64,000 nt of DNA, taken from Balanoglossus misakiensis (lineage: Eukaryota; Animalia; Hemichordata). The notes under the pieces were generated by a model that saw nothing but the letters and a program-made list of their open reading frames with translations, was not told the DNA's origin and made no database searches. How positions within the stretch are numbered: the stretch's first letter is position 1; each line of letters begins with the position of its first letter. The stretch covers positions 8,478,844 to 8,542,843 of the forward strand of contig CM082588.2 of NCBI GenBank assembly GCA_040954595.2. The letters run 5' to 3'. Made by a program: the position numbers and the translations under genes. Shown one piece after another: positions 11,374 through 24,200 of the stretch.

Positions 11374-12597
11374 TTATTGCTGATTGCAAAATTGGACCCG
11401 TTTCTTTTGTTGAGGGGGCTTTGTTTTCGCTTCCCGTGCCATTTTAGCGCAGGCATAATCCAGACCACACTCTTCTGCTTTGTTCATGTATTTCAGTGCA
11501 TTGGCAGAGTCGCCTTTTGCTTGGTAAACTTCGGCAAGACGATAACATGCCCATGATATGTAATATGGGTCACGGAGGGTGCTGATCAGATGGGTACATA
11601 TTTCACATGCATCACTGTACTGTTTCAAGTATGTGAGGGCAACGGCCTTCTGGAGAGAAGCAGCGGGATACAAACCACCTGCATATGCAACTGCTTTGTC
11701 GAGACACTCTATGGCTTTTAACAGGCACTGATGATTGCTTTCTATCGGATTGTGTCGGTATTTGGCCATGTATGTGACTCCTAGGTTCCACGCGAATAAT
11801 GGATTGTCTGGATCTTGTGCTGCAGCATTGTGAATAACTTGCAGTGCTTTTTCGAAGTCTGGAACATTGCTGTCGCAATAATAACGACGTGCATAAATCA
11901 CCTCGAAATTGGATAAAGGGGTTAATTCGAGTGCTTTCTGGGTGAGTTGACCTGCTTCTTCATAGCGACCTTCTTTGAGTGACAGGTCACTTAAAAGTGC
12001 CAAAGCATAGCTGTGATGGGCATTTTTCTTAAGAACTCTCTCAAGCAAATTTCTTTCTCGTGCCATTATTTCTAAGGCTTCCTTACATTTTGAGCTTCCA
12101 TAGACACGAGAAAGTTTGTGTGAAAGAATGAATGCTTGCCAAAGCAGCCAATCTGTTTGTTCTGGAAGTTCTACTAAAGCACGATCAAAGCTATCAACTC
12201 CCTCATCACACATTTTCTTGACAAAATAAGTTAGAGAGGTTCCCTTGTGAGCATATACATACGCTTTCTGTTTCCCTGACAATTTATCAAGTGACAAAGT
12301 TGCTATCAACTTAAGCGTTTCATCAACTCTCTCCATCTCACCCGACATGAAATGAACCCATGCTTTATCTGCAAGAAGAACCAACTTATCACCAAGTGGA
12401 CCATCGTCGTCACCATCACAGCTGTCAAGTTCTTTCTGGTTGTCGGTGAGGGCGTCATCAAACCACTTCAAAGCGGCGCTTGGATCTCTCTTGTCTTCTG
12501 ATCTCAGTTTGGACACGTACAGGTAACCTTTGATAGCTTTATGGGGAACTGGAGAGAACTCCTGGTTGTGATGTTTAAGGTTGCTGTCCAAATCACA
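11374..12597 (-). CDS. G2 terminal exon: IFIT-like tetratricopeptide repeats
   Basis: LADKAWVHFMSGE resembles IFIT WGNYAWVYYHMG; multiple TPR motifs such as EGRYEEAGQLTQKALELTP; the preceding exon 13214-13335 encodes the IFIT N-terminal signature LLQRFPCHFTWKL. Confidence 0.8.
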   Translation of the reverse strand, partial: CDLDSNLKHHNQEFSPVPHKAIKGYLYVSKLRSEDKRDPSAALKWFDDALTDNQKELDSCDGDDDGPLGDKLVLLADKAWVHFMSGEMERVDETLKLIATLSLDKLSGKQKAYVYAHKGTSLTYFVKKMCDEGVDSFDRALVELPEQTDWLLWQAFILSHKLSRVYGSSKCKEALEIMARERNLLERVLKKNAHHSYALALLSDLSLKEGRYEEAGQLTQKALELTPLSNFEVIYARRYYCDSNVPDFEKALQVIHNAAAQDPDNPLFAWNLGVTYMAKYRHNPIESNHQCLLKAIECLDKAVAYAGGLYPAASLQKAVALTYLKQYSDACEICTHLISTLRDPYYISWACYRLAEVYQAKGDSANALKYMNKAEECGLDYACAKMAREAKTKPPQQKKRVQFCNQQ

Positions 12598-15500
12598 CTG
12601 TAAGAACTACAGTACATGGAAAGGCATGTTACAGTGTCATGTGAAAACACAGGTGCTTGTACAGATGCTATGTTGGTATTTTATTGATTGTAATTAAGGT
12701 CGCTAAAAACGATAAGATCTCCCTGATTTCACGTCGTAGGAACGCTCGCACTATGTTCGGGCCTATGACCTATATATATATACTGAAACATAAACAGATA
12801 AAGAAATATCTTAATGTGTCAGTGGGGTATAGGCTCGAACTTGTCGTAAGACGCGAAATCGTGAGATCGTCTAAGCTACTGATTTATCGTTTATAGCCAC
12901 CTTCCAATTAATAAAATACCTGTGTGTGAAAACATCAGACGCATGATTGGAATGAAATAAGAAGATGTGATTGATGAAGAAAACTCTAATGATTGACACA
13001 TTTTTAAATATAACACTTTAAATGATGCAAAAAGTGGATATTAAGCATGTTGCTTTTTATATTTCAATTTGCGTCATTATTAACATCTGAGAGGTATACA
13101 CATTTCCTTGGTTTTCGTGACATTTCAACAAGTCAGATACAGCTGTTATGAAACGCTTTAAAATTACATTAACCTGTACTTCAAATGCAAATAATGCAAA
13201 TAAATGTCCTCACCTCAAAACTACGGTCACAAAATTCTTCGAGTTTCCAGGTAAAGTGGCAGGGAAACCTCTGCAGTAATTCTTCATAGGACTTTGCTGT
13301 ATGCTTCAATCCCGTTATGTGTGTAACCGAAAATTCTATTGAATAGTAAAAACAAAGTTCGAGTGATAAACTGATTTCATGATTTTAATTTCAAATTGAG
13401 ATTGGTCTATTTAAAAAAAAGCCTTTTAATTATGGTATTCCAAAATTATGGGAGAGAGTTGAGTTGTATCAACCAGTGAATGCAAGGTATTAGTCAGCGC
13501 AACAACGTTAATTGTCTACCAAAAGAAACTAAAACAACCAAAATACCCGGTGTCAATATTGAGCGTTTTCGTTCCTTCAGTTTATTGAAGCAACCTTCCC
13601 TTGGGAAAATCAGTTGAAAGTGACGCAAACTAATAATTTAGTTTTAAAATAAATATGCCGGACCATGTTAAGTATAATCATTTTGCATGGAAGGTCAATT
13701 ACAGGAAAAGGGGAAAAAACAAAGTGAAACGGAAGGTTTTCAGACCGAACTCTGAAATTTGCTTTTGTTAACGTTCCTGGACACATGACTGTAATTGAAA
13801 TTAAATTCGGCCTATAATCGAACTTGTTGGGAGCACATTTTGGAGAAGATGATATAACGGATGGATGGATATGTTGCAGATAACTGCATTACCTTCGATG
13901 TTTTTGTCTACAGGTGGCGCAGTTGCAGTTTTCGTTTCCTGAAGTTCGTCGATAGTCTGACGTAACTGTCGGTTGTTGTCTTTCAGCTTGGTATTTGTCG
14001 TGAGTAGTTTGGAACTTTGAGTTTCACTGCTTTCCAGCATTTCCTTCAGAAGCTCACGTGACTGCTCACTTTCTTCACTTTTCCCCTGAAGGATCGTATA
14101 TTCCATCTTCTTGGATTGTAGTAGTTCTCGAATCTCCTTGATTTCATCAAAGAGCAAAGTGATGACAGAGAGATAGTTGTCTGTCGAGATTGGTTCCAAA
14201 ATACCAGCAGCTCTTTCCTTTGAAAAAGATTCCGCCAGAATCTTGTCCGATTCTTTGGTGCCAGTTTTCAAAATGTTGACGCCATTTTGATTGACCAATC
14301 TCTTCATTTCTGATGAAAATGTGATTAAACATAGTTAGCAAAATGTTATATAAGATTGATATGATGTAACCCCCTTTGCAATTGGGTCGGAGGCCGTGGA
14401 ATGCAAATAAATAGGCACTATCTATTTTACTTCACGCTTGATGTGCAAATTAATGACAGAATAGTACAAACCTATCTTTAAAATCATACTTCAACAAGCA
14501 GCCAACTAAACCAAAATATTCCCTTAATAGAACAAATTTCAGCAGCAAGCTTATTTGTTTTGATTGATTGAATATAGTATTGTTTGACCAAATTCCCTGC
14601 CTAAATGTTTGTGAACACTAACCTTCTCTATCGTATCTGAATGTCTCTCCCTCTTGTAAGGTGATCGAAGACAACTGTTGGCTATCCAAAATCAAACACC
14701 GTCTGATTCCAAGGACACCAAGAACTTCTGGCCGTTCATCCAACAACGAAGACAGCTGTAGAGGGCGCTGTATTTTTATCAACAGTACGATTGGTGTCTG
14801 TGTGTCTCCCACATCAACATCTATCTCAGCTTCCAAAGTGCCGGAACCACCAAGTAGTTTTGATAAACCGATTCTGTTTTGGCGTGTGGCATAGACAGAC
14901 CTGTCAGTCTCCACGGCAACAACTGCGCTCTTGTCATCTACATTCACAAACGACGCAGAGAAAGGCTCAATAAATGATATGTATTCTCATTAAGAGAATT
15001 TTTCAACACAATTTTTTTCTTCTGGTTGAATTCTTAAGTGCTAATGAAAACATCTTTAAACTCATAGCCTGTCAGCTAGAAACAAAAGCAGTCATAGAAA
15101 CACTCAACTTCAAAAATAATTCTTGCCAAACGCTACCATCCATAGATAGTAATTACCTTGTTTAGTCAACATCTCTCCAAGTTCTGTACACTTTTCTCCA
15201 CACAAACCACAGACCTCAGAAGATTTCACTTCCGGTACATAGCCTATCAAGATTAAAGTTACAAATTCGTCATGACATATATCGTTGAACGCATTTGCAA
15301 TTTTGACAATGATCCATAAACACGTGAGTGTACAAATAGAAAGTTTGACACATCACAGACACGAGTCAGGAACTGAAAATAACCAAAGGTTTCAGGTAAA
15401 ATCCTTCACTTCAAACGAATACACAATGTTCGGCAACAATAACTAAATTGTTAAACTATTAGACTTGCCTTCCTTGAAGTACTTCAATTCTGCCAGACAT

Positions 15501-18191
15501 AGTTGATATCTCCATGTCTCTATGGTTGTCTTCAGGTTAACGTCAGACACATTAAGTTTGTGGAGCAATTCGGGTGTGATCATGTCTGCCTTAAACAGAT
15601 CTCCCAGGATCCCTTGCCTGTAGTCACGCCATAGTCTCTCCACTGACTTTGATGTCTGGCATGCCAATACAACATTTACACTACCCCGCTTGATTTCTTC
15701 AATTTGTATGTTTCCAACACTGTTGAGATGCTCTTTGACTTTTGGTAGATCGTTTTCAGAGCTGCTGTTGTTGATTATCTCATTTTCGATTAGTTCAACT
15801 TGGTCTGGAGTCAAGGTTGGACCGGACACCTTAAGCTTGACTACGATTTCTCCTGAAATAACATACAATGAGTACATTGTATTAGAATTGACATGTGTTG
15901 TACAGGTTTCGAAGCAAGACTTATCACACAATTTCACTAGGCTAAATCCACATCCGCAATGGATGTTTTAATTGCCCAGATTATAATTAAGCGAGTCCCT
16001 ATTCACTTAATCTAAACACAACACACAGACACCAGACAGATAATACAAACAAAGAAACAAACAAACAAACAAACAAACAAATAAATAAATAAATAAATAC
16101 ATAAACACAAACAAACAAACAAACAAACAAACAAACAAGCAAACAAACAAACAAAAACACAAAACAAACGCATAAACGAACGTTTCCATTGCTCTACATG
16201 AGGAGAGACATCCTCAAGTACAAATATGTTCTTAATTCAAACCTCATTTTGTTTCATTACACAACTGTATTCTACATCATATATTGGCAAATGCATCATC
16301 CAATTACATGATGAACGATACAATTACTAGTATATAGGGACGAGTGAATGTGAGCAACTATAGTTCCGTGCGTTAGCTGCTGTGCTTGTGCCACGTGCAG
16401 GCCACGTGAACCATTTTATTTGGTTTTCAGTTTGAATATTGTATGAATATTGTTTTATAAGGACAGACAAGTAATTTTCACTAGGCGTAAAAATGTATCC
16501 AATCAGCACCCTTACCCAGATTCGAGTTGACAGTGTGTTGAACTTCATGCGTCTGTCCACTGTCAGGATTTTGCTGGCCACCTTCACCATTATTCAGATC
16601 ACCATTTTTGGACTCGTTGTTGCTAGGGACATCTTGAACCTGCTTTTCTGCTTGGCTGCCATCAGAATTCTTGGGTTGTTGGTCTTTAAGTGTTTCCTCC
16701 TTACCTAGTGCATAATAAAAATACTACAACTTACAAAATTTGATTTTAGCTGTAATTTAATTAATAAAACAGAATATCAATTCACTCAACAGCTGTTTTA
16801 ATTCTTAAGCTGACCATCATTTATTACACTGTTTTGATTTTCTTTAACGAAGACATTTTGCGTAGCCGTTAACTGGCAACACGTGATTCTGTTATCTGTT
16901 ACCCTTCTATCTATTTGCATTTACCTTTGGGGGGCTCTTCTACAGGGTCGTCACAATCTCCTGGACAAGCAACACAACCCATGAGTGTCGTTTGGTTGTC
17001 AGATATAACACCATTCTCTGCCGATTTATGGAGTGCAGACTGCAATTCCTGTGATGTTTTCTTGGCGCGACCATATTCACTCAGAATCTCCATGATAGCA
17101 CGTGCCCACTTTTCACTTCCGCTGTCAACATTTTCGTTTGGTCCCACGTCACAGTATGGTACACCGAGTAAGTGGAAGTGTTCTTTTGTGAAGTTTGCAA
17201 GACCTGATTGCTTTGGCTGTACAGTGGGCACCCCAGCAGCGCAGGATAGAAGACCAATCACACCAAATGGGTCGCCTTTAGTCGTGAAGTTTACCAGGAT
17301 GTCACACTGCCTCAAGTCTTTCTTTAACTGGTCTATCGATGTGTCGTTTGGATATAAATTGATCACTAACCAATCTGATTTCGCCATCGTCTCCAGCTGC
17401 TGCTGAATCTTCTTACATGATGTAGACACTAAAAGTCCTTTGAACTTCCACTTTATTTTTCTAGCCAAAAAGCTGTTAATGTAAGCAACCTTCTCCATGC
17501 CACGAGCTGCTGCTTCAAATTCCTCCAGATCTTGTAGGTTTGAAATCGTATGCACAGATAAGACTTCGATAGTCTTACTTAAGTCTCTTTTGTTGAGCGA
17601 AATCTTGCCGACATCTTTCTTCATCCAAGGGATGTACAGAACATTCTCCACTTGTGAGTCTAACAAACCTTGAATCTTCATCTTCAACTCCTCATGTACT
17701 GTTGGTCCAACAGATATAATGACAGAGGACGTCTCTGCATATTCCAGCATTTCATCATCTTTGGCAGCCAAGTCTGAAGGATTGAGGTTCATGTTTTCCG
17801 GTATGTCAGAATAAACAGGAACAAAACTCGCAGTTGGAAAAACCTCTGCTTGAATACTCTTTGCTGTACTGGCAGTTCCATCCTTACAAGCAGTACCGTA
17901 TATGGTCGTAATTGGGTGATATTTCTTTAACTGTTGAAAATAGTGTTCGTGTAAAATTAACCAATCACTTGTCGGCTTCCCCTCTTTGATTGGTAGTATC
18001 AGCTCCACTCCATGACGCCTTGCTTCTTCAACTTCTTTGTCAGAAGCCTGTAACGCCATGAAGTAAACCTGGTTGTTTCCATCACCAAGATCGATGGCCA
18101 ATTGTCTCTCAGTAAGACATGTTGCAATATTGCGACTTCTCGGCCACCACTCCTCTCCGACAACCAACACACGATTCTTCACCTTTGCCAT
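11374..18191 (-). CDS. G2: GT4-like / TRADD-N-like / CxxC / X / coiled coil / IFIT-like TPR protein (about 1334 aa)
   Basis: Exons 18191-16925, 16704-16516, 15852-15469 (GC donor), 15243-15157, 14937-14623, 14309-13893, 13335-13214, 12597-11374 (stop). The sum is 4005 nt and the frame is continuous. Confidence 0.85.
13893..14309 (-). CDS. G2 exon: coiled coil (139 codons)
   Basis: Paralog of 717-1175 with the same splice sites. Confidence 0.8.
14623..14937 (-). CDS. G2 exon: domain X
   Basis: 315-nt phase 1-1 paralogous exon. Confidence 0.8.
15469..15852 (-). CDS. G2 exon: TRADD-N-like domain
   Basis: Near-identical to 3499-3882. Confidence 0.65.
16045..16170. repeat. (AAAC)n/(AAAT)n microsatellite
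   Basis: Directly visible tetranucleotide runs. Confidence 0.9.
16925..18191 (-). CDS. G2 exon: GT4-like domain
   Basis: Acceptor ag|aaATG; [18 protein letters not shown] motif; paralog of 4897-6163. Confidence 0.75.
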
Positions 18192-18227
18192 TTCTAATTG
18201 AGAATAAAATATGTTCGTGTTTACATA

Positions 18228-18795
18228 GCTATCGGGGATTACCATACATGCAACGCCTGTATTTGGCACTTTCTATTGTTCTCGCCCCGAAGATATTTTA
18301 CGGTATTACACTGAGTGCAATATATCTTCACTCCGCGTCTCGAACTATTTTTGAGAACGCGCGGCACGACAGTTCGCTGCGCGTGGGAGCGACGTACGGC
18401 GTATAGGACGCTAGTGGAGAGGGGTGTTGTAAAATTCGGTTATTAGAAGTTGAAATAACGTTTTCAAAGCTGGCGGTTTTGCCTTGTTGATTGTATCATT
18501 TTTACTTCTTCGAAATTCTCAATGCGTAATAAATGTTAACATGATATTTTGAAAGAGAACGTAGACAATTTTATTTAGAATGCGGATGTGCCCATCGTAA
18601 TGAAAGCTGCCAACCCCCTTAAAATGATACTACGGCCCACACGTCATACGTCACAACATGGCTACTGCCGTGATCCCAGCGCCTGGTTCAAATTTGAAAT
18701 TGTTTTTCTCGGCGCATTTTCGCAAATCGTACTGTTTTATAGGTAGGCATGTATGATAAAGGGGTTATTACAGGAATTCGTGTAATAACCCCTAA
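18228..18795. mobile_element. Non-autonomous hairpin-ended (Helentron-like) insertion
   Basis: Absent at the G1 paralogous site (about 6197). Begins tagctatcgggg and ends with hairpin ggggttattac...gtaataacccc-taa, the same terminal layout as 1959-3123. Confidence 0.55.
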
Positions 18796-18911
18796 ATATT
18801 TCCACGGCTCATCGAAAAAGGAATGCTATGGAAGGTACAATCATTATTGCTGCAGACTCGTTTGCCTGCCATTCGGTGGACTGTTCCGTCTCACAAAGCA
18901 TCGAGTGAGTT

Positions 18912-19520
18912 GTAATATAAGGTTATTCACAAAATACCGGGATTTATGTCCAAGTACATCGTACAGCGGAGGTATGGTCCGAGACGCGCGTATCAAAGCG
19001 TACGATGTACGAGGACATAAATCCTGGTATTTTGTGAATAACCTTATTATTATACACCTTTTCCGGACGTCCTTGATGAACGATAAAGAATAAATAGGCG
19101 GCTATCGGACTTTCTAGTTTCGATCGCCGCCATGATGTAATTTGCATATCGAACGCGCCTTGACCTCGCGCACCAGGTGATGCTAGTGTCGAACTGCCTG
19201 TCTCGCGCGCGACGTTCTACGCTGCTTGCGCTGAGCTCGTTCTGGAACTTGAAGTGGATTTTGACTTATTTCGCATCTTGGGTCACCAATAATTTTGTTT
19301 AATAACGGCTGTGTACTTTTTATATAAATTTTTGTCAGAGTAGGGTTAATATCATCATTGTTTACATTGATCACCAGACCTGTGAGGTCAAAGTCACAAT
19401 GCGTCCAATAACCCTGGTGTTATTGGACTCCGCGTCCTCATTTGAATAATTATTGTCCGGTGATACCGCGAATTATTGTATTACGGAACTGCATAGGTTA
19501 CAGCAGTAGGTGTATAATAA
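18912..19520. mobile_element. Non-autonomous DNA element with a long internal inverted repeat (possibly Crypton-like)
   Basis: Absent in G1 and G3 (about 6316 and 37372). About 48-bp arms at 18916-19047, and ttattatacacc ... ggtgtataataa inverted ends. Family uncertain. Confidence 0.55.
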
Positions 19521-19802
19521 TATCATGTATTCGCTGCAACAGTGGATGTTGTAATGGACATACGTGTTGATACACGAAACATTTAAAACCCAGCTTTTCT
19601 TAAATATGGTAAATGAATAGGAAAGGTCGCATGACACTATTTTGAGGTCTTGATATTATTATAACATGGCACTTTATAAGTCGCCTGTTCGTTTGTCTTA
19701 AATTCTACTGCTTAACATTTTGTCAAACCATTTGGTAAGAATGTGTATTGCATGTGTACTGCCGTTTAAGTCGTTGTTGCCAGCAAAATAAAACTGGCAT
19801 TT

Positions 19803-21016
19803 TGTTGGCAGTTGATGATGTGAGCAAGTGGACGGGTGACTATAGCTGCAGCATGAATAACTTTGCGTGGGTCTAATGACTTGACAGCTGTTAAAACATT
19901 TTACTCTGTGACTGGGTGAAAGAGAAAAGAGTGTGGATAGTTGCCATCTAAGAATTGAGCGAATTCGCCTGCAGGGGTGATATCTGAAGCTAGCTTCAAA
20001 CCAATATTGGTGAAAAAGTCATTAAATTCCTGAGCAATATCATGGCTATCAGTCAGAATGACTTTGTCCTGGGACTTAGAAAGAATTTTACTGGGGGAAG
20101 AACTTTTGGCTGTTTTATTCAAGATCTCGTTGATTACTTGCCATGTTTTATTCAATTTGGTATTTCCCTGGGTCATACGTAATTTATTCGAATTTGGCCG
20201 ATCTAAGAAGTCTGGTAAGCATATTTCTATACCTTCTATAAGTAGTTTTATGAAGAACACTGTGGGGGTTGTTTTTCATTTTGGTAAAGAGCTTGTGTTT
20301 TGTGCGCACTGATTTTACTAGGCCTGCGCTCATCCATGGTTTACGTATATTATTTGTGTGGCGGGGAGTGGTGGTGTTAATGTGATTGGACGAAATGGTG
20401 TGGAAAATCTTATGAAAAGTTGCGTAAGCGCTGTTTTGGATCTCTACAGTTATAGACAGTATGCCAAGGAGCAGCATTCAAGTCTGCCAATAAAGCGTCT
20501 TGATTGTAGGCCTTGAAGTCAAAAATCTTCACAGGATTCACTGGTTTCATTATACGCTTAAGTTGGTGAGTGAGGCAAAAGATGGGGTAGTGGTCTGAAA
20601 TATCTGACTGAATGGTGCCACAGTTAGTGAAGTACTCAGTGATGTTTGTTATGCAGTGATCAATTACTGTGCTAGAAGTATCAGTAATACGGGTTGGAGT
20701 GTTAATGAGTTGTCTGAAGCTGTATTAATATAAAATAGTATTGTACTGCGTAACAGGTGTGTTGTCGGCCGAAATGTCAATATTCAAATCACCAAGTATT
20801 ATGCAACGTTTCCCTGAAAGAGACAGCTGGTGAAGGCATGACTCAAGGCTGTGAAAACATTCAAGCTGGTTTGTGTTTGGCTTCCTGTAAATGACACCTA
20901 TGGTAATTGCTTTGTTATCAATGATGGTGTCCACAAAAATTGATTCACAGTGCATAAAATTGAGAGTATTTATGCGGGTAAAAGATAGCGAGTCGAGGAC
21001 GTAAAGAGCAACCCCT
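19803..21016 (-). mobile_element. Degenerate LINE (CR1/L2-like) internal fragment: AP endonuclease and pre-RT region
   Basis: Broken ORFs contain IGVIYRKP, CIILGDLNID, KPWMSAGLVKSVRTKHKL and IAQEFNDFFTNIG, typical of CR1/L2-clade ORF2; frameshifts and stops are present. Confidence 0.85.
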
Positions 21017-21224
21017 AAAATAGTCCCTGCTGAAAGTTTGTTGAAATGAAGACTTTTCTTTACTTTGAATTCGCGTTTCTATCACGACCAATACTAAAAA
21101 CTGCATTGATACATCGCGGTATTGTTCGTCCTAAACTAGTCACCGGTATTTTCATGAGTACATATGCAAATGAAAACAACATGGAACTACTTTCTACTTG
21201 TAAACATTGGACGCCATGATTGCT

Positions 21225-24200
21225 AGAGTGAAACGCGGTGATTTTATCATTTTTTGGTTTGTTATTTGTTTGATCCTATCAACTCTCTACAGAAGAATAA
21301 CATATATAGTTCTCACTCGACCTTAAAACAACGAATTACTCGTTATCGCCAGTCTTCTAGAATTGCAGATGCAATCTCGCGCTGGCGACTCTGAATAACT
21401 GACCCAAGATGACCTCATTTGCATACTAATGACTACGTTACTTGGCTAAAAAACAGACCATCGGCAGGTTGCTTATCACTGTCGCGTCAATCTACATAAA
21501 ATCTAGATGAAACGATCGAAATTTTCAATTTACGTCAATTTTCGAGACAATAATAATAACAGACTTCCATGCCATCTGCATACTTTTTGTGTGGACGGTA
21601 CAGAAGTGACTCGCTCTACAAGTCCATATATTTTCACCATATAAAACAGTAGCATTGAGGAGTGCAAGAAAAGTGCTGACTCAGCATTGTCCACAAGGTT
21701 TTAGACCATCTTATTTAAAAAATGTTGCATAGGAACTCCCAATTTCTCTCTATTTTTGTTTTAAAAATTAATTGTTATAAAATATATTTCAAAAAACAAG
21801 AAAATTACAATATTCTAAAATATGGAAAATTAAGCATGCGGTAAAACCTTAAAAAATAAACATTTCTGTTCTTCAGATTTTGGAAGACTTTTAATATGTT
21901 ATTAAGGAGATTCAATATGTTGCATTTTAGGGTAAGGTCCTTCCATAAGTGCAGCCAACTATTAGGCCGAACGCAGTATTGTTGAGTTGATTCTAATCTA
22001 ATGGTTCATTCTAGGTCACCACCCCCTAAGCGACAATGCGTCATCGACCTCCTGTGCAAACAACCAGAAAGAGGTCAGCGATATACACAAAGGGTTTCTC
22101 ACTCAATTGAATTGTGGCAGTCCAAAAGTGAAAGAATGTGAAGTGAAAAAAATGTCCACTCGACTGTCAAATAGTAAAGAATGCGAACATTTATGGAATA
22201 TTCAGGTCCAAGGTCATAAGTATTACATTAGAGGCATTGCTCGAAATTCCGTCGATAAATTCACAGTGTGTACAACCGATCAACCGAGTTCACACCAACC
22301 TCCCACAAACATATACAGAGAAACTGTGCATATCATGTTAATCACGAGGAAGTACACAATTATACCACTTTCTTCAAGTCTTAAACGACCTGAAACTTCC
22401 AATTCCACATTTCAAACTAAAGTAAAAAAAAATGAAGTAAGTTTACGTGACCCAGTATACAATTACTTGCGAACGTTTTACCCAACATTGTAATGTATTT
22501 TACCCAACAGTTTGAAATGTGTTTTTTCATTTCTTGAAGTCAGTCGATACACATTGCAGCTACATTTTCTGTACTGAAATCATATTGCACTCTCCCAACT
22601 TTAAGATTGTGAACGGCCTGGCCTTAAAAGTTTAGTTTCTCTTTTGCCGTCTCATGGTCCAGGTTAGCTGTTCCGCCCGGGGGGATGTACGATAAACTCA
22701 TTTCCTCCCCCCGGCGGAACAGCTGCGTTTCCACAGCTAGGTCAATGGCCAAAGAAAGTGTACATTACGTACATTAGAGCGGTGCATTATGACCAGTGAA
22801 ACGCGGTGATTATATCATTATTTGGTTTGTTATAAGCTCGATCCTACCAACTTTCTTCAGTAGAATAACATATTTAGTTGTCGACCTTAAAACAACGAAA
22901 ATTACTCGTTATCGCCAGCTTTCTTGAATTGCAGATGCAATCTCTCGCTGGCGACACTGAATAACTGCCCCAAGATGACCTCATTTGCATACTAATGACT
23001 ACGTAACTTGGCCAAAAAACAGACCGTCGGCGGGTTGCTTATGACTGTCGCGTCAATCTACATAAAATCAAGATGAAACGATCGAAACTTTCAATTTTCG
23101 TCAATTTTCGAGACAATAATAATAACCGACTTCCATGCCATCTGCACACTTTTTGTGTGGACGGTACAGAAGTGACTCGCTGTGCCAGTCTATATATTTT
23201 CACCATAGAAAACAGTAGCATTGAGGAGTGCCAGAAAAGTGCTGACTCAGCATAGTCCACAAGGTTTTAGACCATCTTATTTAAAAAATGTTGCATAGGA
23301 ACACCCAATTTCTCTCTATTTTTGTTTTAAAAATTCATTGATATAAAATATATTTTAAAAACAAGAACATTACGATATTACAAAATAAGTAAAACCTTAA
23401 AAATGAAACATTTCTGTTCCTCAGATTTTGGTAGATTTTTAATATGTTATTAAGGAGATTCAATATTACAGAAAACCGTTGATAAACCTTTTGTTGCATT
23501 TTTAGGGTAAGGTCCTTTTATTTCATAAGTGCAGCCAACTATTAGGTCGAACACAGTATATATCAAATCCATACTCTGGTTCATTTGAGGTCACCACCCC
23601 CTAAGCGACAATGCGTCATCGACCTCCTGTGCAAACAACCAGAAAGAGGTCAGCGATATACACAAAAGGTTTTTCACTCAATTGTGGCATTCCAAAAGTG
23701 AAAGAATGTGAAGTGAAAAAGAAGTCCAACACTCGACTGTCAAATAGTAAAGAATGAGAACATTTATGGAAGACTCAGGTCCAAGGTCATAAGTATTACA
23801 TTAGTAGTATTGCTCGAAATTCTGTCAATAAATTCACAGTGTGTACAACAAAAAATTGACGTCAAATATTTTGATTCAAAAGGTCAACCGAGTTCAGACC
23901 AACCTCCCACAAACATACAGAGAAACTTGTGCAGATCATGTTACTCATGAGGAAGCACAAAATTATATCACTTTCTACAAGTCTTAAAAGACCTTAAACT
24001 TCCAATTCCACATTTCAAACTAGAGTAAAAAACCTGAAAGAGCACAAGTAAGTTTACGTGACCCAGTATACCATTACTTGTGAACGTTTTACCCAACATT
24101 GAAATGTAGTTTACCCAACCGTTTGAAATTTGTTTCTCACTTCTTGAAGTCAGTCGATACACATTGCAGCTACATTTTCTGTACTGAAATCATATTGCAC

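Noticed and set aside
13320-13340. Apparent loss of a splice acceptor in G2 (AG to GG at 13327-13328)
   Set aside because: An in-frame AG 9 nt upstream is conserved in G2, G3 and G5 and follows the pyrimidine tract, so G2 need not be a pseudogene.
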